Positions 5,127 through 6,154 of a DNA stretch of 6,154 nt are shown one piece after another. Position 1 is the first letter of the stretch; every line of letters begins with the position of its first letter. Origin of the DNA: a virus. Below the pieces are notes generated by a model. That model saw nothing but the letters and a program-made list of their open reading frames with translations. It made no database searches and was not told the origin of the DNA. The translations under genes were made by a program, and so were the position numbers. Where the stretch lies: IMG/VR virus record IMGVR_UViG_3300045988_046521, positions 1-6,154 of that record. The stretch is one strand, 5' to 3'.

Positions 5127-6154
5127 TTATTCTAAACGGGGAACAACAACACGAGAAATAGGCAATTGAGCTGTACAATCAAAATGAATCTGACCGAGGA
5201 TTTTATCACCTACTTCAGTAACACTGAACACATTATTAACATCACCTGGTTTCATAGTCGTAAAATCCTTGCCAAGCTCGGGTACATCTGCAAAGCTACG
5301 ATACATGATAAAATTGCGCAGAGATGACAGGAACAAACCGTGTGCACGGTCTGGTTTCTGGACGTATTCATACCAAGGACGCTGATAGCCGAACACAGTC
5401 ATCGGATCAACGTTAAACTGACGAGCCTGTACAGCAGCTAATTCACGAACATAAATAGGTTGATAACCAATATGATCAAATTCAGGGTTGAATGAATCCA
5501 AGCGTTCGCGATATGTCAACCATTTAGGCAACAAAGAATCATACACCGGCATAGGAATAACGTGCATAACACCGATAACAATACTCTCCTCATCGCAAAA
5601 TACAGAAATACTGCCGTCACTATTACCAAAACAGGTAGCCAAACCAGCCTGTGAACCAAGAGCACCTACATAGGTACCCGTATTAGAAGTTTCGACAGTC
5701 TGGGTGATAGGATTAACAACAATATCACGAGTAATACCACCAAGATATTCGGGCATATTCAGAGCATCATAACGTACATTGACATCAAAACGGCCCTCGA
5801 TAATCTCTTTATAACTAAATCCGCGGAATTGGTTCAACTCGAGATAACGTTGGTAAGCATTAACATTACGAAAATCATTAATAGAGATGCCAGAAGTAAC
5901 AGGAGACACAAGAGACTGCATATTTAAAGCCTCACCAGCCTTAAGAGGTGTATAATTAACGCCCTTAAGAGCTTCGCCATTACTTTCAAAGTCAACCTTA
6001 AAGGCATTGCCGTCCTCATCAACAATAGCAGTATTTACAACAGTAACTTCATGACCAGCTTCGTTAATAGATTTCGTTTCATAAGCAGTAAGACCTACGA
6101 GAGGCGCAATACCTTGCTGCGGAGCAGTAAGGGCGGAAGTGTATGCGTCACTTT
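5127..6154 (-). CDS. VP1: Major capsid protein VP1, 3' portion. The unique part is 5127-6099; 6100-6154 duplicates 1-55.
   Basis: The 264-aa track ORF (5127-5921) starts at an internal Met. I read the same phase from 5922 to 6099 and found it open (..AYETKSINEAGHEVTVVNTAIVDEDGNAFKVDFESNGEALKGVNYTPLKAGEALN-MQSLV..), and it joins position 1 in phase. Conserved blocks: ISINDFRNVNAYQRYLE, GRFDVNVRYDALNMPEYLGG. TAA at 5129-5127. Confidence 0.95.
   Translation of the reverse strand, partial: SDAYTSALTAPQQGIAPLVGLTAYETKSINEAGHEVTVVNTAIVDEDGNAFKVDFESNGEALKGVNYTPLKAGEALNMQSLVSPVTSGISINDFRNVNAYQRYLELNQFRGFSYKEIIEGRFDVNVRYDALNMPEYLGGITRDIVVNPITQTVETSNTGTYVGALGSQAGLATCFGNSDGSISVFCDEESIVIGVMHVIPMPVYDSLLPKWLTYRERLDSFNPEFDHIGYQPIYVRELAAVQARQFNVDPMTVFGYQRPWYEYVQKPDRAHGLFLSSLRNFIMYRSFADVPELGKDFTTMKPGDVNNVFSVTEVGDKILGQIHFDCTAQLPISRVVVPRLE
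6100..6154. repeat. Terminal direct repeat, copy B (identical to 1-55)
   Basis: See copy A. All 55 positions are identical. Confidence 0.97.

Noticed and set aside
1126-5673. The other plus-strand ORFs of 61-115 aa: 1126-1311, 1316-1591, 1516-1758, 2331-2516, 2628-2849, 2859-3089, 3831-4178, 3940-4266 and 5488-5673
   Set aside because: All are antisense to well-supported minus-strand genes. They are short and low in complexity or skewed in composition, and no promoter, gene-packing logic or motif supports them. The whole genome is otherwise transcribed in one direction.
5127-5921. The 264-aa ORF taken as a stand-alone gene
   Set aside because: Its Met is internal. The same phase is open upstream through 6099 and continues from position 1304 downward, so it is the C-terminal third of VP1.
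1-6154. Searched for CRISPR arrays, IS/transposon ends, integrase or recombinase genes, hammerhead (CUGAUGA...GAAA) or twister-like ribozyme cores, and alternative genetic code use
   Set aside because: There are no spaced direct-repeat arrays, no additional large ORFs, and no ribozyme core matches in the noncoding region by eye. All genes are intact under the standard code, with TAA stops and no in-frame TAG or TGA.

Overview
The window is one complete, circularly permuted Microviridae (small ssDNA phage) genome, given as the reverse complement of the coding (viral-sense) strand. Bases 1-55 are identical to 6100-6154, so the unit circle is 6,099 nt. All credible genes are on the minus strand and tightly packed, in this order from the single large noncoding region. 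(1) A 76-aa basic protein. (2) Replication initiator VP4, a 515-aa HUH/double-Tyr endonuclease. (3) A small single-pass membrane protein whose stop overlaps the capsid start (TAATG). (4) Major capsid protein VP1, 758 aa, spanning the window junction (1304..1 then 6099..5127). (5) A 101-aa protein. (6) DNA pilot protein VP2, 370 aa. The 415-nt noncoding region (3275-3689) has two parts. The AT-rich half sits next to the first gene and is probably the promoter side. The markedly more GC-rich half carries a 14-nt perfect palindrome, a CGCT/AGCGA repeat cluster, nested hairpins followed by a T5 run, and flanking inverted repeats. I see no integrase, tRNA, CRISPR or IS element. The very long VP1 and the phiX174-A-sized VP4 resemble Bacteroidetes-associated (Alpavirinae-type) microviruses more than Gokushovirinae or Bullavirinae, but subfamily cannot be settled without phylogeny. 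Gene identities rest on motif recognition by eye; no database search was possible. The items most worth follow-up are the small membrane protein coupled to VP1 (lysis candidate) and the structured GC-rich noncoding module. Secondary items are the large VP1 insertion, a Cys4 insertion in the VP4 nuclease core, and a 180-codon +1-frame ORF inside VP4.
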